Positions 51,518 through 64,000 of a stretch of DNA of 64,000 nt are shown in pieces. The stretch comes from Psilocybe cubensis. Lineage: Eukaryota. The notes under the pieces were generated by a model that was given only the letters and a program-made list of their open reading frames with translations, ran no database searches and was not told the origin of the DNA. The position numbers and the translations under genes were made by a program. Positions within the stretch are counted from its first letter, which is position 1, and every line of letters starts with the position of its first letter. The DNA lies in NCBI GenBank assembly GCA_017499595.2, contig CM039005.1, forward strand, positions 682,001-746,000. Direction: 5' to 3'.

Positions 51518-51924
51518 TCGTCGCTCGTTGATCGTTGATCGTCGACGGTTTATGGTTTATGGTTGGATAGGATAGTGGATAGTACATTCAAAATATGTAG
51601 GGCTCAGTTCAGTTGCGGTGAACAGGTAAATCCAGTCATGTTCATGACCAACAAGAAAATAAAACTGCCACTGCGTAGGCTCTCCCCAATCTCCCATCTC
51701 TCATATTCATTATCATCAGTAATGTGGACGGTAATTCGACTTTGGAGCGGCATAGTACTCTTCTCAGATCTTCTGACACACACACAGAACTTCAAATTTC
51801 GAACATAGAACATTGGCAGACCACTTGCATACACTCCAAAATTGCAATCGAGAAGAAGAAGTAGTATACTCTTCAAGACTTGAAGACTTGAATTTGGATC
51901 CAGCAGAATGCAAAAGAAGGTATG

Positions 51925-52674
51925 TATGACACGATTTTCCGTTGAAAATGCGAAGTGTCTGGCTTGAGATTTTGGTCACTACAAAAATAGCAAGGTTAGA
52001 ACCTTAGTACGTAAATCGGTGTCAGGTTTCATAATGAACTACTTGGTCGTTAGTGCATACACCCTGAGTCGAACAACATACTTTGGTGTGGTTGTACTGC
52101 GCCCTAGGCATACTTTAGTATCAGATGGTTTTCTTGTAAGTAATGTAGTACTACCCGGATTACATGAACATATATACCAAGTCTAATTCCCTTTCACAAA
52201 ACCGTTGTAATCATTTCTCAAATTTCTTCGTTTCCAACTTATTCCGGCTGCTTCGGCTTTGAAATAATTCGTATAGATGTACCGGAAACACCCACAGCAA
52301 GACATATACTGTGTTATTATGCTTTGCCGTGGATAGGCCAATATAAAATTAGTTTAATGTACAATTTTCTGGAATTATTTTGCCCTTAAATATCTGTTGA
52401 AATACCTGCTTTAGGGAAGCCATCTTCAGAGATATCACCCTAAGGCAATACCAACATGTACACTGTTGGTTTTGATCAAACCACGACTTGACCACGGCTT
52501 TACCACGACACGAGATTAAATTTCCCACGGTCTGTGCTAATTTTATCAGAATCCTGGGTAATAGGCTGTTCGCACACTCAAAATGTAAGTACTACAACGT
52601 AAGAAAAGGTCCGAAACTAGTGAGTACAACTCCATTTCTGAGTGTTCGCATTTTCAACGGAAAATCGTGTCATA
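51925..52674. mobile_element. 750-bp non-coding TIR element (MITE) with perfect 30-bp TIRs
   Basis: TATGACACGATTTTCCGTTGAAAATGCGAA at 51925-51954 and its reverse complement at 52645-52674; flanked by GGTATG on both sides. Confidence 0.85.
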
Positions 52675-52676
52675 GG

Positions 52677-53440
52677 TATGACACGATTTTCCGTTGAAAA
52701 TGCGAACATTTAGAAGTAGCATTGTACTGACTAGATTCCGGCCTTTCCTTATACTGTAGTACTTAATTTTTGAATGTGTGAACATCCAAGTACCTGGTAT
52801 TTAGTTAAATTTAGCACAGACCATGGTAAATCTAAACTTGTGTCGTGGTCAGGTCGTGGTCAGGTCGTGGTCAGGTTGTGGTTTTGATAAAAACCTACAG
52901 CTTACATGTAGGTAATGATATAGGGAGAATCCCTCTGAATATGTGCATACCTACGGCAGCCGTTTCAGTAGATAATTAAGCTTTTATTTATTCCAAAAAA
53001 TCTGCCATTCTTCTGACTTTCTATCGGCCTATGCACGGCAAAGCATAATTCTGGGAAATCCATCCTGCCGTGGATGTTTCCGGTACAATTACATTTTCCA
53101 TTATGAAGCCAAAGAAGCCGAGACAGGTTGGAAATGAGAAGATATCAGGGAATCTGGGAAATAATCTTGAGGATTATATAAAAGATAATTGGCCTTGATT
53201 TATGTTGATGTCAGCCCTATAGTACTGTATTGATATTAAGAAAACTATTCCATACGTCAGTACAGACCAAGGCCCCAGTACGACCACACCAAAGTGTGTT
53301 GTTCGACTCAGGGTGTATGCACTAAGAACTAAGTAGCACATTACGAAACCTAACACTAATGTACGTACCAAGGTTCTGGACTTGCTATTTTTGTATTGAC
53401 CAAACCCTGTGTCTCGCCGTTCAACTGCCATTCGTATAAT
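52677..53440. mobile_element. Second, diverged copy of the same MITE in inverted orientation, distal TIR decayed
   Basis: Starts with the same TIR; the interior aligns in reverse with 51970-52640 (e.g. AGTGCATACACCCTGAGTCGAACAACA). Confidence 0.75.
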
Positions 53441-54026
53441 CTATCGGCCGTGTCCGAACAAGTGAACGTCGGAGGTGCGAGCCACCGATGTCGAAGACGA
53501 AGACTCGAAGACCTCAACCAAAACCAAACATACTTGTACGGACGATAGCTAGACCGTGGGAGACCTTCAAGGTGGGGCTAACCTAGAGGTACTAAAAAGC
53601 TAAACCGGTTATTTCTGGTCAAGCTAGGACATTCTTTGTTTTTAGGAGTGCTACTCATGGTGTACTTCATTAAGTATGTGTGGTCGACCAAAGAACGCAG
53701 TAATAGCTGGCTCCAATGTTTAGAATCCCTTGGGGCCCTAGATTAGTCGCAGCGTGCGGTCAAGCTTCAAGCTTCAAATCCAGTCATCCCTTCAACAACT
53801 AAAAAGTTAGGGCACTGTGATGGAGATACCATCTCGGTTCGTCTCGTATAAGACGCAGTGAAAGTGTACATGTACACCCAGTTCTTAACCCAGTACTACC
53901 AACTTCGGTGAGCACACACTCCAACATCAAATTATCATTCTCAACACACTCCCACTGACTCTTCCTTGTCGCCCCAGATTTTTCTTCCAAAAAAATCAGC
54001 ACAACCAACAGAAAAAATCAACAACA

Positions 54027-54320
54027 ATGAAATACTCAGCTGGCATCACCACCACCGCACTTATCCTCGGCGCATCCTTCACCGCCGGCCAAATATGCAC
54101 GCAGGAGTGCAACTCCTCTCCGCCTACCTGTCCCGCGGGACTGGCTCCCGCGGGCGGGCCAGGATGCTGGGCGAATGTCGGGTGCTGCAGGGTGCCTGAT
54201 CCGAGCCGCGATATGGCGTGCACGCGGATTTGTGCGTCTGGCCCGCCCAAGTGTGGTGGAGATACGTTTGCGTTTGCGAAGCAGGAGGGAGCGTGCTGGA
54301 GTTGTTGCTGGTTTTTGTGA
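54027..54320 (+). CDS. Small secreted cysteine-rich protein (97 aa, 12 Cys), divergent paralogue
   Basis: Signal-like MKYSAGITTTALILGASFTAG; CTQEC..CWANVGCC and CTRIC..CWSCC modules. Confidence 0.9.
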   Translation: MKYSAGITTTALILGASFTAGQICTQECNSSPPTCPAGLAPAGGPGCWANVGCCRVPDPSRDMACTRICASGPPKCGGDTFAFAKQEGACWSCCWFL

Positions 54321-57300
54321 TGAGTGATGAGTGATGAGTACGAGTGGGTGAGGGGAAGGGTTGTAGATGTAGTTTTGTGTTGAGTTGATGCAGAGGAAAC
54401 TCTTTAAATTTGCGGCAATGGTACACATTTGACAAAAAAAGAGGCATGGTTTTCAGCGAAAATGTGGACCATTTGCTTACCGGGCACGTTCAGCGCCAGC
54501 TCCTCCTGTGTATCTGCACAAAGGTGTCTTCAAGGTTCGGGAACACTGGTATGATTGTAATTGTTACCTCTGGGTCCTTAGAGGTCCGCAACGGTTGATG
54601 AAAGGTCGATATAGGGGTTACGCGCTACGCGCCCGTGCCGCATCGCGTTCGAAAATCAGTCGAACCGGAAGAACCCGAACCCAACGCCACGTCGACATGT
54701 GTGCCCATTCCTTCAAGTTCAATTCATATGGGTTCAATTAAGTTAGCGAGTACTTTCTGCTCCTTTCTCGTTCACCGCACCATCAGTGAGTTGAATCGCT
54801 CCTTGTCAATTTAAAACGGTCACTTGAATGAAACGCATACCCCTCTGAACCAGTCATCCCATCTGTATCTGTAATCGATTAATCCATCGGCTGTCTACGT
54901 TCCCTCTTCTCTCAACGAATTTTGCTGGGTTCGTTTGAATCTCTTCTGTTCTGGACCCTTTTCAACTCACCCTCATACCGAGTCATCGCGTCAAGACGAT
55001 CAAGTTATACGCATCATGAATGATCATCTGAATCTCTTTCTGAAACTTGTAACTTGCAAAACAGAAATATTCCGATTTTGATCTCCAGAGCATTATTCTC
55101 TAACTTCAACTTCAACGAGGGACGTTATCGGTACTACCCTCTCACATCTATGATCTGTCCACAAGGGACATAACATAAGACATAATCAGCGGTTCGTCCT
55201 CTTCCCGCCCATACGCCCGTCCGCCGCCCAGCGCTTCGCGGGCGATGAAAGTGTACTACAGCCCACGGCGCAGCGCATCCGAAGACGAAGTGGAAAAGCA
55301 TGCCAGAACTCATGGCTGAGGACGACGAGTGGTTTAGAGCGGATGTTGTGGGTCTGAAGGTAGCGCCCGGGGGTAGGTTTTTTTTATCACGGTTTTGTCG
55401 ACGGCGTGCCCTGTCCAGCGGACCTATGTGAAGGTGTGGGATCTCGGGAGACCCGGCGACACACACGCACACGCAGACACAGACACAGGCTGAGGCGAAA
55501 TTGTTGGCGACACATGTCAACAAGCACAGTTATCAGTTATATCAGGGAACACCAGTGACCAGATCAGGTATCCTCGTATTGTTGAAGTTTACCTCGGACT
55601 CGAAGTAGGTGCTTGGTTTGGACATACACACTTTTGGAGGGATTGGCTGACCTGGATGCGCCGACCCAGGATTGACATCTTCCAGATCTTCCCCGAGGAT
55701 CCGGATCCACATTTCAAGTATGTCACCCATGTATACGTCTGCGCGGAACAAAGTGGGTATGTGCGAAATCCGTTTTGTCTGTGTGTATGGCGAGCGCGTC
55801 GTTTTTTTTGGTCGCGGTCGTGCCGGTGACGAAGCGGCGTTACCTGCCCTGCTGCTTCGAGGAACATGAGCCAGGTCCAGTTGGTTATATTGTCGTATTC
55901 TCGTGCGGGACTTTACGGATGGCTTGGTGGCAATACGCACCGAGACAGATGGTATCGTTGGCACAGTGCGTATATCTGCGAACATGTTACTCCTCATGAA
56001 CGTACCGAAGTATTAACCATTCAGCGCAGTGCATTACCAAAGGCCACTGTGTTATAAGAGCTAGGTTGGACACTAAAGAAGCTCGTTTGTGGGATATACC
56101 GACAAGAGAGTCGTGCGTTGATGATGTGTTTCTCTGGCACAGTCATCCCACCGGCTCTGGTGGGACCACGACGCCACTGACCAGCAAACTGGATTGTGTG
56201 TAGTCTACAAGGCCATGTGCAGCTGCTGTCGCACTGGCACTGTGATGCTGATTCCCTGCTCGTCTTGTACAGACTAGATCCCTGTTTCAGCCAGTGGTAT
56301 AGAGTTGACATAGTATTCATTAAATTGTAGTTTACATTGTTACAGCATTCTATTGGGTAGTATCTGGTGAGAAGCTACTGATCCATTTCTTAAAGCTTCT
56401 TCTGTATGGCGGCTGATTTTCAGCGGATGGCGGGACTCCTCTTGCAAGTGCTCCCATGATTATTTGAAGTCGACTTCTTTCCAATCGTGGGAATCACGGG
56501 TGGTTCGGCAATGCGGCAGTTTCAGGGGCGCCACCGCGCCGGTGTCGATGAAAACTTTTCTCATGCAGCACATAGCACATTCTTTCCCAACAACCTCGAC
56601 AGGCCTCGGTGGTATTGATCTAAGCAAATTATAGAGTCGTCGACAAGAATAACACGTTGTAATTAATCAACAGGCAAAGATTGAAAGCCTGTAAGATTGC
56701 TGGATGGGAGGCCGGGAGCAGTTACTGAGAATCGACCGAGAAACTCCTTTCATCCAATCGCCTCTGTAACAGAGATTCTACTGATGATAGTTGTGCCAAT
56801 AGAATGACAGAGCTGTTCTCGAGGCCGATGAACCCTTACCTGTGTCTATCGCGGCGCTCAAGTTCACTGTCACTTACTATTTCCGCGGACAGGCTCATTG
56901 CCTTTTGACCTTTGGTTGCCTTTTGTAGGACATTCTCTACCACCAGTATGGAAGACTTTATCAAGCTATACCCCTGGATTTAATAGTCTGATGTATTTTG
57001 GGCAACGCGCACTGTCGGCATACCTCGGCTTTTTTATGGCGGAGATCATGTCCATCTGATGGCTTCCTTTGTGGTTTGTTCGGGGTTGTTGTTGGGTAAC
57101 TCACAGGTATGCGCAGTTTACCATCGGTTGCAAATATTTCGTCTATTTTTGACGACAGTTAATCACACTTCGATCAACTGAATGGTGATCTGGGATACAT
57201 AGTCGATGGATACACGCTCTACAAGTATATCTACACTTCACCGCCAGTATTTTTCTCACTCATAGAGGCACAATTAGATTTTGATCTTCTTCTCAAATTG

Positions 57301-57589
57301 ACGAGAGAAGGCACGGTCGTCTGGAAGCAGGATTTTCACAGCTAATAATCTCCGTTGAATTGCAGAAGCTTCAACACCAGTATGAACCAATCAAGTCCGA
57401 ATTCCAATCATAAACAATGTGACATCGCCAAGGGAAGAGATAACAGCTGGTGAGATGTCAGGGTGGCGACTGTGGAAGGCTTCGTCGACGTATGTCAAAA
57501 AGTGACTGATTATTACAGACCTAAGAAATTTGTATATGAGCAAGCTCGAAAAACGACAACTGCCCGTCCATGTCAGTGGGCTCACAACC

Positions 57590-58912
57590 ATGTCGACAGG
57601 CGACCTCCCCATTGCGATTCCCCTGGGATTCCAGATATCGCTGACTAGCGCCCAACTTAACTCTGCGATTGTTTTTACATTCCTTTCGGGTATGTGTCGT
57701 AATTGCTATCTCCAATTGGGTTTTGCAACCACAGTCGATAGACTGATGCTCTTTCTCTGACAAAGGGATATATTCGATGATATACTTGGGCACAATGTAT
57801 CTTCAAAGTATGTCCTTTATAACTAAAACCTTATTTTCATGTAACTAATGCTACAACCTATCAATTTGTCAACGTGTAACTACGTAGTTTTCACCCTGCC
57901 AAAACCGGCACGCAACGTAATAGTCTTATTTTCACTGTCTCTTCTCTACACTCTTTGTATGGTGCAACTAGGCCTTCAATGGTACTACTCCAATCTTGTT
58001 TTCATTCTTCAGGGAGAGACCCGGGTATCCATGTTTATAGCTGTTCTGAATCGTGGATCCGTTCCCTTGTTTATACTCTTCCAAACAACGTTCTGTCTTA
58101 TGTTTATTATTTCGGATGCATTGCTGGTACGTTGACATTGCGCCCTCACCATGTGTTGTAGGATTCCTAAATTTCACGCATCGTATAGATCTGGAGGTGC
58201 TACCATGTGTGGGGGCGATCACTCAGAATCATCGTCCTTCCTTTGATGTTCATTCTGGCGGAAACAGGCAAGTTGAATTATCCCATAGTCCTCACTCCGA
58301 GATCGTTTGCTTGGCGCTGACCACGAATATTTCTAGGGCTATCAATATCACTTACAGTGTTAGGATCAGAGGAGTCAGACGAGGTCATTCCAACCACATT
58401 CAAAAACATCACTGGTCCACAGGCGTTCGTATCGTTTGGAACCACGTCGCTCTGCACTGTACTCATAGGGTACAAAATTTATTCCTCGGGGAGATCAGTC
58501 TCATATCATGGAAAGAAGACTTCCGGATCGCCATTTAACCACATCATCAGAGTGATTGTCGAGTCAGCGGCGATATACTCGCTCATTCTCCTCGTGTATG
58601 CGGTTCAAGCAACGCTTCCCATTTCTATCGACAGTCTCTTGCACTCTCCGTTGCTGGTTGAGGGTTATTATATGCAGCCAATTACAGTTGCTATTGCGGT
58701 TAGTTTGCTACTATGCAAAGCTGTACCCCATGCTAACATTACTTTCGTTTTACTACCAGGGTATGGCGCCTACTGTAATTGCCGCAAGGATCGCAATGAC
58801 GTACAGCACAAAAAGTACTGAGGTAGACTCGAACTCTAGCTTGGATTCTCGTATGAGTTTTTCGAGACGCCGCTTGGGAAATGATGCTTTGAATGACAAT
58901 GAGATGAGATGA
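57590..58912 (+). CDS. Multi-pass (about 7-TM) membrane protein of an agaricomycete-expanded uncharacterised family, ~6 exons
   Basis: LNSAIVFTFLSG, ISDALL|IWRCYHVWG, T.LIGYKI, VIVESAAIYS and GMAPTVIAARIA, separated by hydrophobic segments. Confidence 0.85.
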
Positions 58913-59303
58913 GTTTATGTTTGGATTTAATTTGTATATTTATGTCTGTCCCAAGTCGTATCTCTGAGCATGTGTAGTTTAAGACTAATGATAAATCCAC
59001 GTCAATGGACGATTTACGGTGACTCATATTTCAGTCACTATCGAAGCTTCTTTTTCTAAATATCAGTGAGAGAGCCTATACAAAGACTACTCGTGGTAGT
59101 CCAAAATTCAGAAGGCACTTACTTTGATGAGTGTAGAGATGTCGAAATGACATTGAGTAAATTTTCCCACTTCTTAACATTGATGTTGTGATGAGATGTC
59201 AACTTGGTACCTTGAGTGATGGTTGTCGCTGGCGCTAACTTGGATCAGCCTTTATAAAAGCATAATGTGCTCGAAAACGCGGTAGCTTTGCACATCATCT
59301 ACC

Positions 59304-60643
59304 ATGGACTCCGATATGTCTCAACATACTCAAGTCGTTCTAATAAGTGCCGATCTTAATTCAGCAATCTTAAGCGCTTTTCTTACTGGTAAGCATCATT
59401 GGTGTATATTCTGACAAAATTCACCAGGTACTAAATGGTTACATTGATTAGGGATATACTTTATGGTGTATACATGGACAATGTATCTCGAATGTATGTT
59501 TATCTGTAGTTTTATCACCTTCGGTTATTGAAAAAAACCTTTTGGGAGTAGTCAAGATTCCCTGGGGTCCCTCCCGAAGGCTTAGTCGGGTCATCGTCCT
59601 TTCAACACTTTCATTTCTCTGTTTCCTTGCTTTCGTACAACTTGCACTCCAGTGGTACTACACCAACCTTATATTTGTTCAAAACAACGCCAGTCAATTG
59701 TCAATGTTTATGACAGTTCTGGATAGAGGATCGTTGCAGCTCTCTGTAATCTTTCAGATGTCTTTCTGTCTTATGTTCCTAGTATCAGATGGCCTCCTGG
59801 TACGTATACTAAATTATAAAGATGTCAAAAGATATATCATGTTAATGTCGTGTAATTTCAAGATTTGGAGATGCTATCAGGTCTGGGGCAGGTCAATAAG
59901 AATAATCACCCTGCCTTTAGCATTCCTACTCACACAAGCTGGCAAGTAATGACCCCTTAGGCATCAATACCGCTGATATTTACACTCAGACTCCTTGCTC
60001 AATTTAGGTCTCGCTGCAGCACTCATATCCGAGTCCGCGATCCAATCTTCTGAAGCGGCACCCACTCTCTTTAAAAGACTTACTGGTATCCAAGCCTTCG
60101 CCTCGTTTGGGACAACGGCACTCTGTACAGCGTTGATAGGGTACCGAATTTGCTCCTCCGCAAGTCCTATTCACACATCCACAAATTCTGTTGATCAAGC
60201 TCAAGATCAATCACTCGATCAATCACTTCTATCAGTGTGCGATCAAGATTCTAAGGCAGAAGCGAAGATAATCTACCGGATTGCCAAAATTCTGGTGGAG
60301 TCAGCAGCACTGTACTCCCTTATGACATTAATATACGCAGTCCAGGCTGTGGTGCCTATTTCTTCAGAAAAGCTAATACAGTCACCGCTCATTGTTGAGG
60401 GGTACTACATACAAACCACAATTGTCTACGTCGCGGTATGCCGACCCTTCCTTTACAACCAATGTGCGGCTTACCCAACTGTTCCTGTTCAAGGGCTTGT
60501 CTCCGACAATCATTGCCGCTAGAATTGCGTTGGAGAAGAACAGAAGGATAGATGGTGTCAAAGGTAACATGGCCAACGTCACATCAGGAATCACCTTTCG
60601 AAGGCAAGATGCCAGTACAGTCAATGGTATTGAGACGATATAG
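59304..60643 (+). CDS. Tandem paralogue multi-pass (about 7-TM) membrane protein
   Basis: LNSAILSAFLTG, VSDGLL|IWRCYQVWG, ILVESAALYS and GLSPTIIAARIA; same intron positions as 57590-58912. Confidence 0.85.
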
Positions 60644-60865
60644 ATTCTCAGATAATGTTGTTTTTCTCCCGTTGTTAAGTACCGTATATTATAGGTTAAT
60701 GTGTAAACAGGCTGAAATTCTGCACATACCTGTTCATTGAACGATTCAACTTCAGCTTACAGTTATGAATTTTTGCCAGGTAGATGAGTATGTTTAGGAT
60801 AATATTGCGAATTTAAAGAGTTCTCCTCTGATGCCAAATTATTGCCGTTTTATCTTCCTTCATAA

Positions 60866-61165
60866 TCAAAAGTACGAGCAACAGTTCCAGCAACCTCCAT
60901 CGGTTGGTGCAAATGCAAACGTATCCCCAGCACATCGCGGGGGCGATGGGAAGCATGCCCGGGTACAGGCCATTGGACGCTCAGGGTCTGGAACGTCGCA
61001 GCAGTTCACATTTCCCCAGCATCCAGGTCCACCAATGGGAGCTAAACCTGCCGGACAGGTTGGCGGGCGGAGGTTACACTCGCGTGAACAAGGGAGTTTT
61101 TCGTCTGTCGCTGCTGTAGCAGACACGAATAAAAGAATCGAAGCGACAATAGTTGAGTATTTCAT
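60866..61165 (-). CDS. Small secreted cysteine-rich protein (99 aa, 12 Cys), copy with intact promoter
   Basis: MKYSTIVASILLFVSATAA...CSREC...CTRAC...CWNCCSYF; TATA-like CATAAAAG at ~61290-61297 and a putative 5'-UTR intron (GTGAGT...ATAG). Confidence 0.92.
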   Translation of the reverse strand: MKYSTIVASILLFVSATAATDEKLPCSRECNLRPPTCPAGLAPIGGPGCWGNVNCCDVPDPERPMACTRACFPSPPRCAGDTFAFAPTDGGCWNCCSYF

Positions 61166-62258
61166 GTTTTCTTTGTACAGATCTATCAACATCGTCATCA
61201 GAACGGTCATTAAAAAGTGACTAGTGAATGGGCACTCACTGGTGGATACTTGTGGTAGAGACTGGGGAATAATTTCGTGTTCCTCCAGCCTTTTATGCTG
61301 TGTGGTCTACCATGCAACTCCTTTGAGCTTAAGATCTAATGGATTCCTCCCATTCAGTGCGGCTATTATATGCTGCAACGCCGCAAGTTGTAAAAAATGA
61401 CGTTGGCCCACCAATAGAATCCATACGGAAATCTAATTGGTGAACTTAGAGAGGTACAAAGACGCTCTAATTTAAACTAGCTATCGACCTTTGCCTTTGC
61501 CTTTGACGTTAGCAACTGGTAAAGCAAAAGTTCGTTTACTCAGGATCAAAGTTCTCAACCTCCGCTGCATTTTGGTCGTTCTATGTAGTCCTATGCCCAA
61601 AGCATTTCGTTTCAACAACGTCCATCATTCCGATTATCCCTGTCTCGGTAAGATATTCTATCAAATTCGTTTCAACGAAAATGAATCTTCAATGTACAGT
61701 AGTTATAACCTACCGCTCGCCAGACACGTTGGAAGCAAAGTCGGAGTCGCTCCTGGAGCCGAGCCGAAATCCATGACTTACACGAGGGCACCCAAGCTCG
61801 TTGACTCATTACACACTGCCAAAAATTTCTTCTTGCAGCTTCCAGAAGCTAGGAGCCAATTCGTCGCCGCAAATCGAAAGTAGTTGTTCTCTGTCCTTCC
61901 AGAACACCACTTGCCTTTACACAATGTATCAACCTTCTCAGCAGGGTCACCATCGACAATGATGCATCATTCCCTTCCCTTGACCAAACTTCAATCGGAA
62001 CTGAGCATCCAGGACCGCCGACGGGGTCCAAACCGTCAGCGCAGACCGGAGGGGAAGGCCTACACAGATGTGTAGAGTTCTTGGCCAGAAGCTAAAGAGG
62101 TGAAAGTAAAAATTACAGGGTTTGATCAATGCCGGTTCATTTTTCAGATATATCCTATACATTCTGGTCTAAAGATCAATTGATCATGTTTACAATTTGC
62201 AGAATTGGAGTGCTCAGTGCGCTCCCCATTTTGCTTCATAACCTTTCTTTTACTATGA

Positions 62259-63899
62259 CTAGGCCATAACAGGACAGTGATGTCGTATTGAGGCAGCCAA
62301 TATGTGAATATCATTGTGGATAAGACGAATCGTTGTCCCTGAAGACGACAGTAACGAAATACGATGAACGACTTCCCTGCTAGGACATATTGATGCTAGG
62401 ACGTTTTCTTTCTTGCTCCTGTAGTCGTCATCCCAGGTTGTGAGCTCTAGACTGTCAAGAGGGCAAGATTTTGAACAAGGGTTCTCAGGATCTGATCTGT
62501 TGATAAAATAGGGAAGAAACTCCCAGAATGAACCGTCCCATGTTTTATAGCCTTGATACCTAAAGGATCGTAGCACAGGAAGGATTTGTGGTCGACGGAT
62601 GTCCACGTCGAGCGTCGAAGACTTGGCTATTATGTGGAAAAGCTGGACTGGATCATATCGTATTTGAGCATTAATCCGTAAATCTTCGAGGACCGGCGTG
62701 TTAGACAATAACGAGAGCAGTGAAACGTAATCCCATCCGTCTGCATGAATGATAATTCCGAGTGTCGTTAGCTGAGGACCAGAAGCCTCGACAACAGTCC
62801 GAATCGAGTTCCAGTTTTTGACGGAGCCTGCTTTTTCAAGCAGGAGCTGTGTGAGATTGGGGGCAGAGAACTTTGTGAAAAAATATTCTAGGTCTCCAGA
62901 ACACTGTCCGATTTTGACTTTTCTGAGCGTATGATTGCCAACTTTTGGGTGCTTGGGCATGGTCATGTCCAAGTTCAATAGAACCGGAGCAAAAAAAATG
63001 TCAGTCAATTCACACTCCAACAATTGCGAGGCCTGACGCATTAGCTCGCGCCATTCGTTGAGTGATAACTCAGATTGTGATATATTAATTCTGGTGACTT
63101 GGTTCCAGATTATATCGAGGCAGATAAGTGGAACCCTTATCAGGCGAACCTCACAGGGACGCGGCTTGTGTCCATTATCTGTCCGGAATACAACGCGATC
63201 ATCGTAGTCCGGCTCGATAGAGTTCTCGATGGATAAACCACAAAGATTCGGCATACCCTGCACATTTCCAGAAAACATTTGATAAAGTGCGGCATGAGAA
63301 CAGGACAGACGCAGGATTCGCCAGCGATGTGAAATGGCGTTCAGTCCAGCAATAACGCGTTTGTATTGCGTCCGCCGACGGTCTGGAATGTGTTTAGGCG
63401 CTTCACATACCACAAATAGCGACACGGTCTGGTTTCCAGCCGACGATATCCACCTGTTTAGAACATCTAGTTTATCCAGGGGGCGGCAGAACTCCTGCAG
63501 TATCATTTGGATGTGTGTCCATAGCTGCGGGGAGGACATTGCAACGCTGCGCCAAGTTGAGCATATGGATGCAATGATTAGCGGGGAGTTGGTAATGCGG
63601 AAATTTCTCCAATCTTTCTGCTCCTCTAGGTCTCGAAAGTCATCCTCGACGTAGAACTTGAAAATCTTGCTTATCAATTCGTAAGGAAGAAATCGGGATA
63701 TGGGGTCGTGATGACGGTTGATCTCAGTGCGCAGTTGACGTTTCCGAGGCAATGTAACCTGCTCATGGAGGTTCTGGTATTGGCTACAAAGGGAACAGCA
63801 AGACCCGTTGGACATTTTGCAGGCTTGGATACTCCAGTACGCCTCCGATGGTAAGGCATCGTTTTGAGATTGTCCAGGAACAGGGTGGTGTTCGGTCAT
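62259..63899 (-). CDS. F-box-like protein (copy C), near-identical to 10176-11816
   Basis: Four amino-acid differences visible between the translations (D/H, L/S, S/A, L/H). Confidence 0.8.
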   Translation of the reverse strand: MTEHHPVPGQSQNDALPSEAYWSIQACKMSNGSCCSLCSQYQNLHEQVTLPRKRQLRTEINRHHDPISRFLPYELISKIFKFYVEDDFRDLEEQKDWRNFRITNSPLIIASICSTWRSVAMSSPQLWTHIQMILQEFCRPLDKLDVLNRWISSAGNQTVSLFVVCEAPKHIPDRRRTQYKRVIAGLNAISHRWRILRLSCSHAALYQMFSGNVQGMPNLCGLSIENSIEPDYDDRVVFRTDNGHKPRPCEVRLIRVPLICLDIIWNQVTRINISQSELSLNEWRELMRQASQLLECELTDIFFAPVLLNLDMTMPKHPKVGNHTLRKVKIGQCSGDLEYFFTKFSAPNLTQLLLEKAGSVKNWNSIRTVVEASGPQLTTLGIIIHADGWDYVSLLSLLSNTPVLEDLRINAQIRYDPVQLFHIIAKSSTLDVDIRRPQILPVLRSFRYQGYKTWDGSFWEFLPYFINRSDPENPCSKSCPLDSLELTTWDDDYRSKKENVLASICPSREVVHRISLLSSSGTTIRLIHNDIHILAASIRHHCPVMA

Positions 63900-64000
63900 T
63901 AAGCTAAGTGCGACGTGGTAGGAATCGATTTCAGCCGTAATGCGCAGCGGGAAAATAAGGTTACAAGGCTTCGGATAATACCGATACTCAGAGAACACCT

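Noticed and set aside
55134-57200. Possible gene or decayed oxidoreductase fragments
   Set aside because: Only short unconvincing motifs and no coherent exon chain.

Overview
This is eukaryotic, intron-rich fungal DNA. The short GT-AG introns and the gene families point to an agaricomycete (mushroom-forming basidiomycete); the species cannot be fixed from sequence alone. Housekeeping genes: a degenerate AGC-like kinase, ADE8 (GAR formyltransferase), an EFM5/N6AMT2-type methyltransferase, a HAD hydrolase, an aldo-keto reductase, mitoribosomal mL59 and a TenA-like protein. They are interleaved with a dynamic accessory region containing five main structures. (1) A family of small secreted 12-Cys two-module peptides (3 intact copies, 1 pseudogene, 2 relics). 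Their Cys spacing resembles Pin-II protease inhibitors, and most copies sit in a repeated F-box gene / peptide gene / multi-TM gene module, one copy of which is a near-identical inverted duplication ~50 kb away. (2) A 5.1-kb non-canonical Helitron-like element (asymmetric TIRs plus hairpins, two cargo genes) in the 5'-UTR intron of one peptide gene, with a 1.56-kb relative nested inside it. (3) A 16.2-kb TIR-bounded KDZ-transposase element carrying several cargo genes and 37-bp-period arrays near both ends. (4) Three inverted-duplicated atypical kinase genes. (5) Two MITE/foldback structures. All calls come from manual reading, so exon boundaries and family names need database confirmation.
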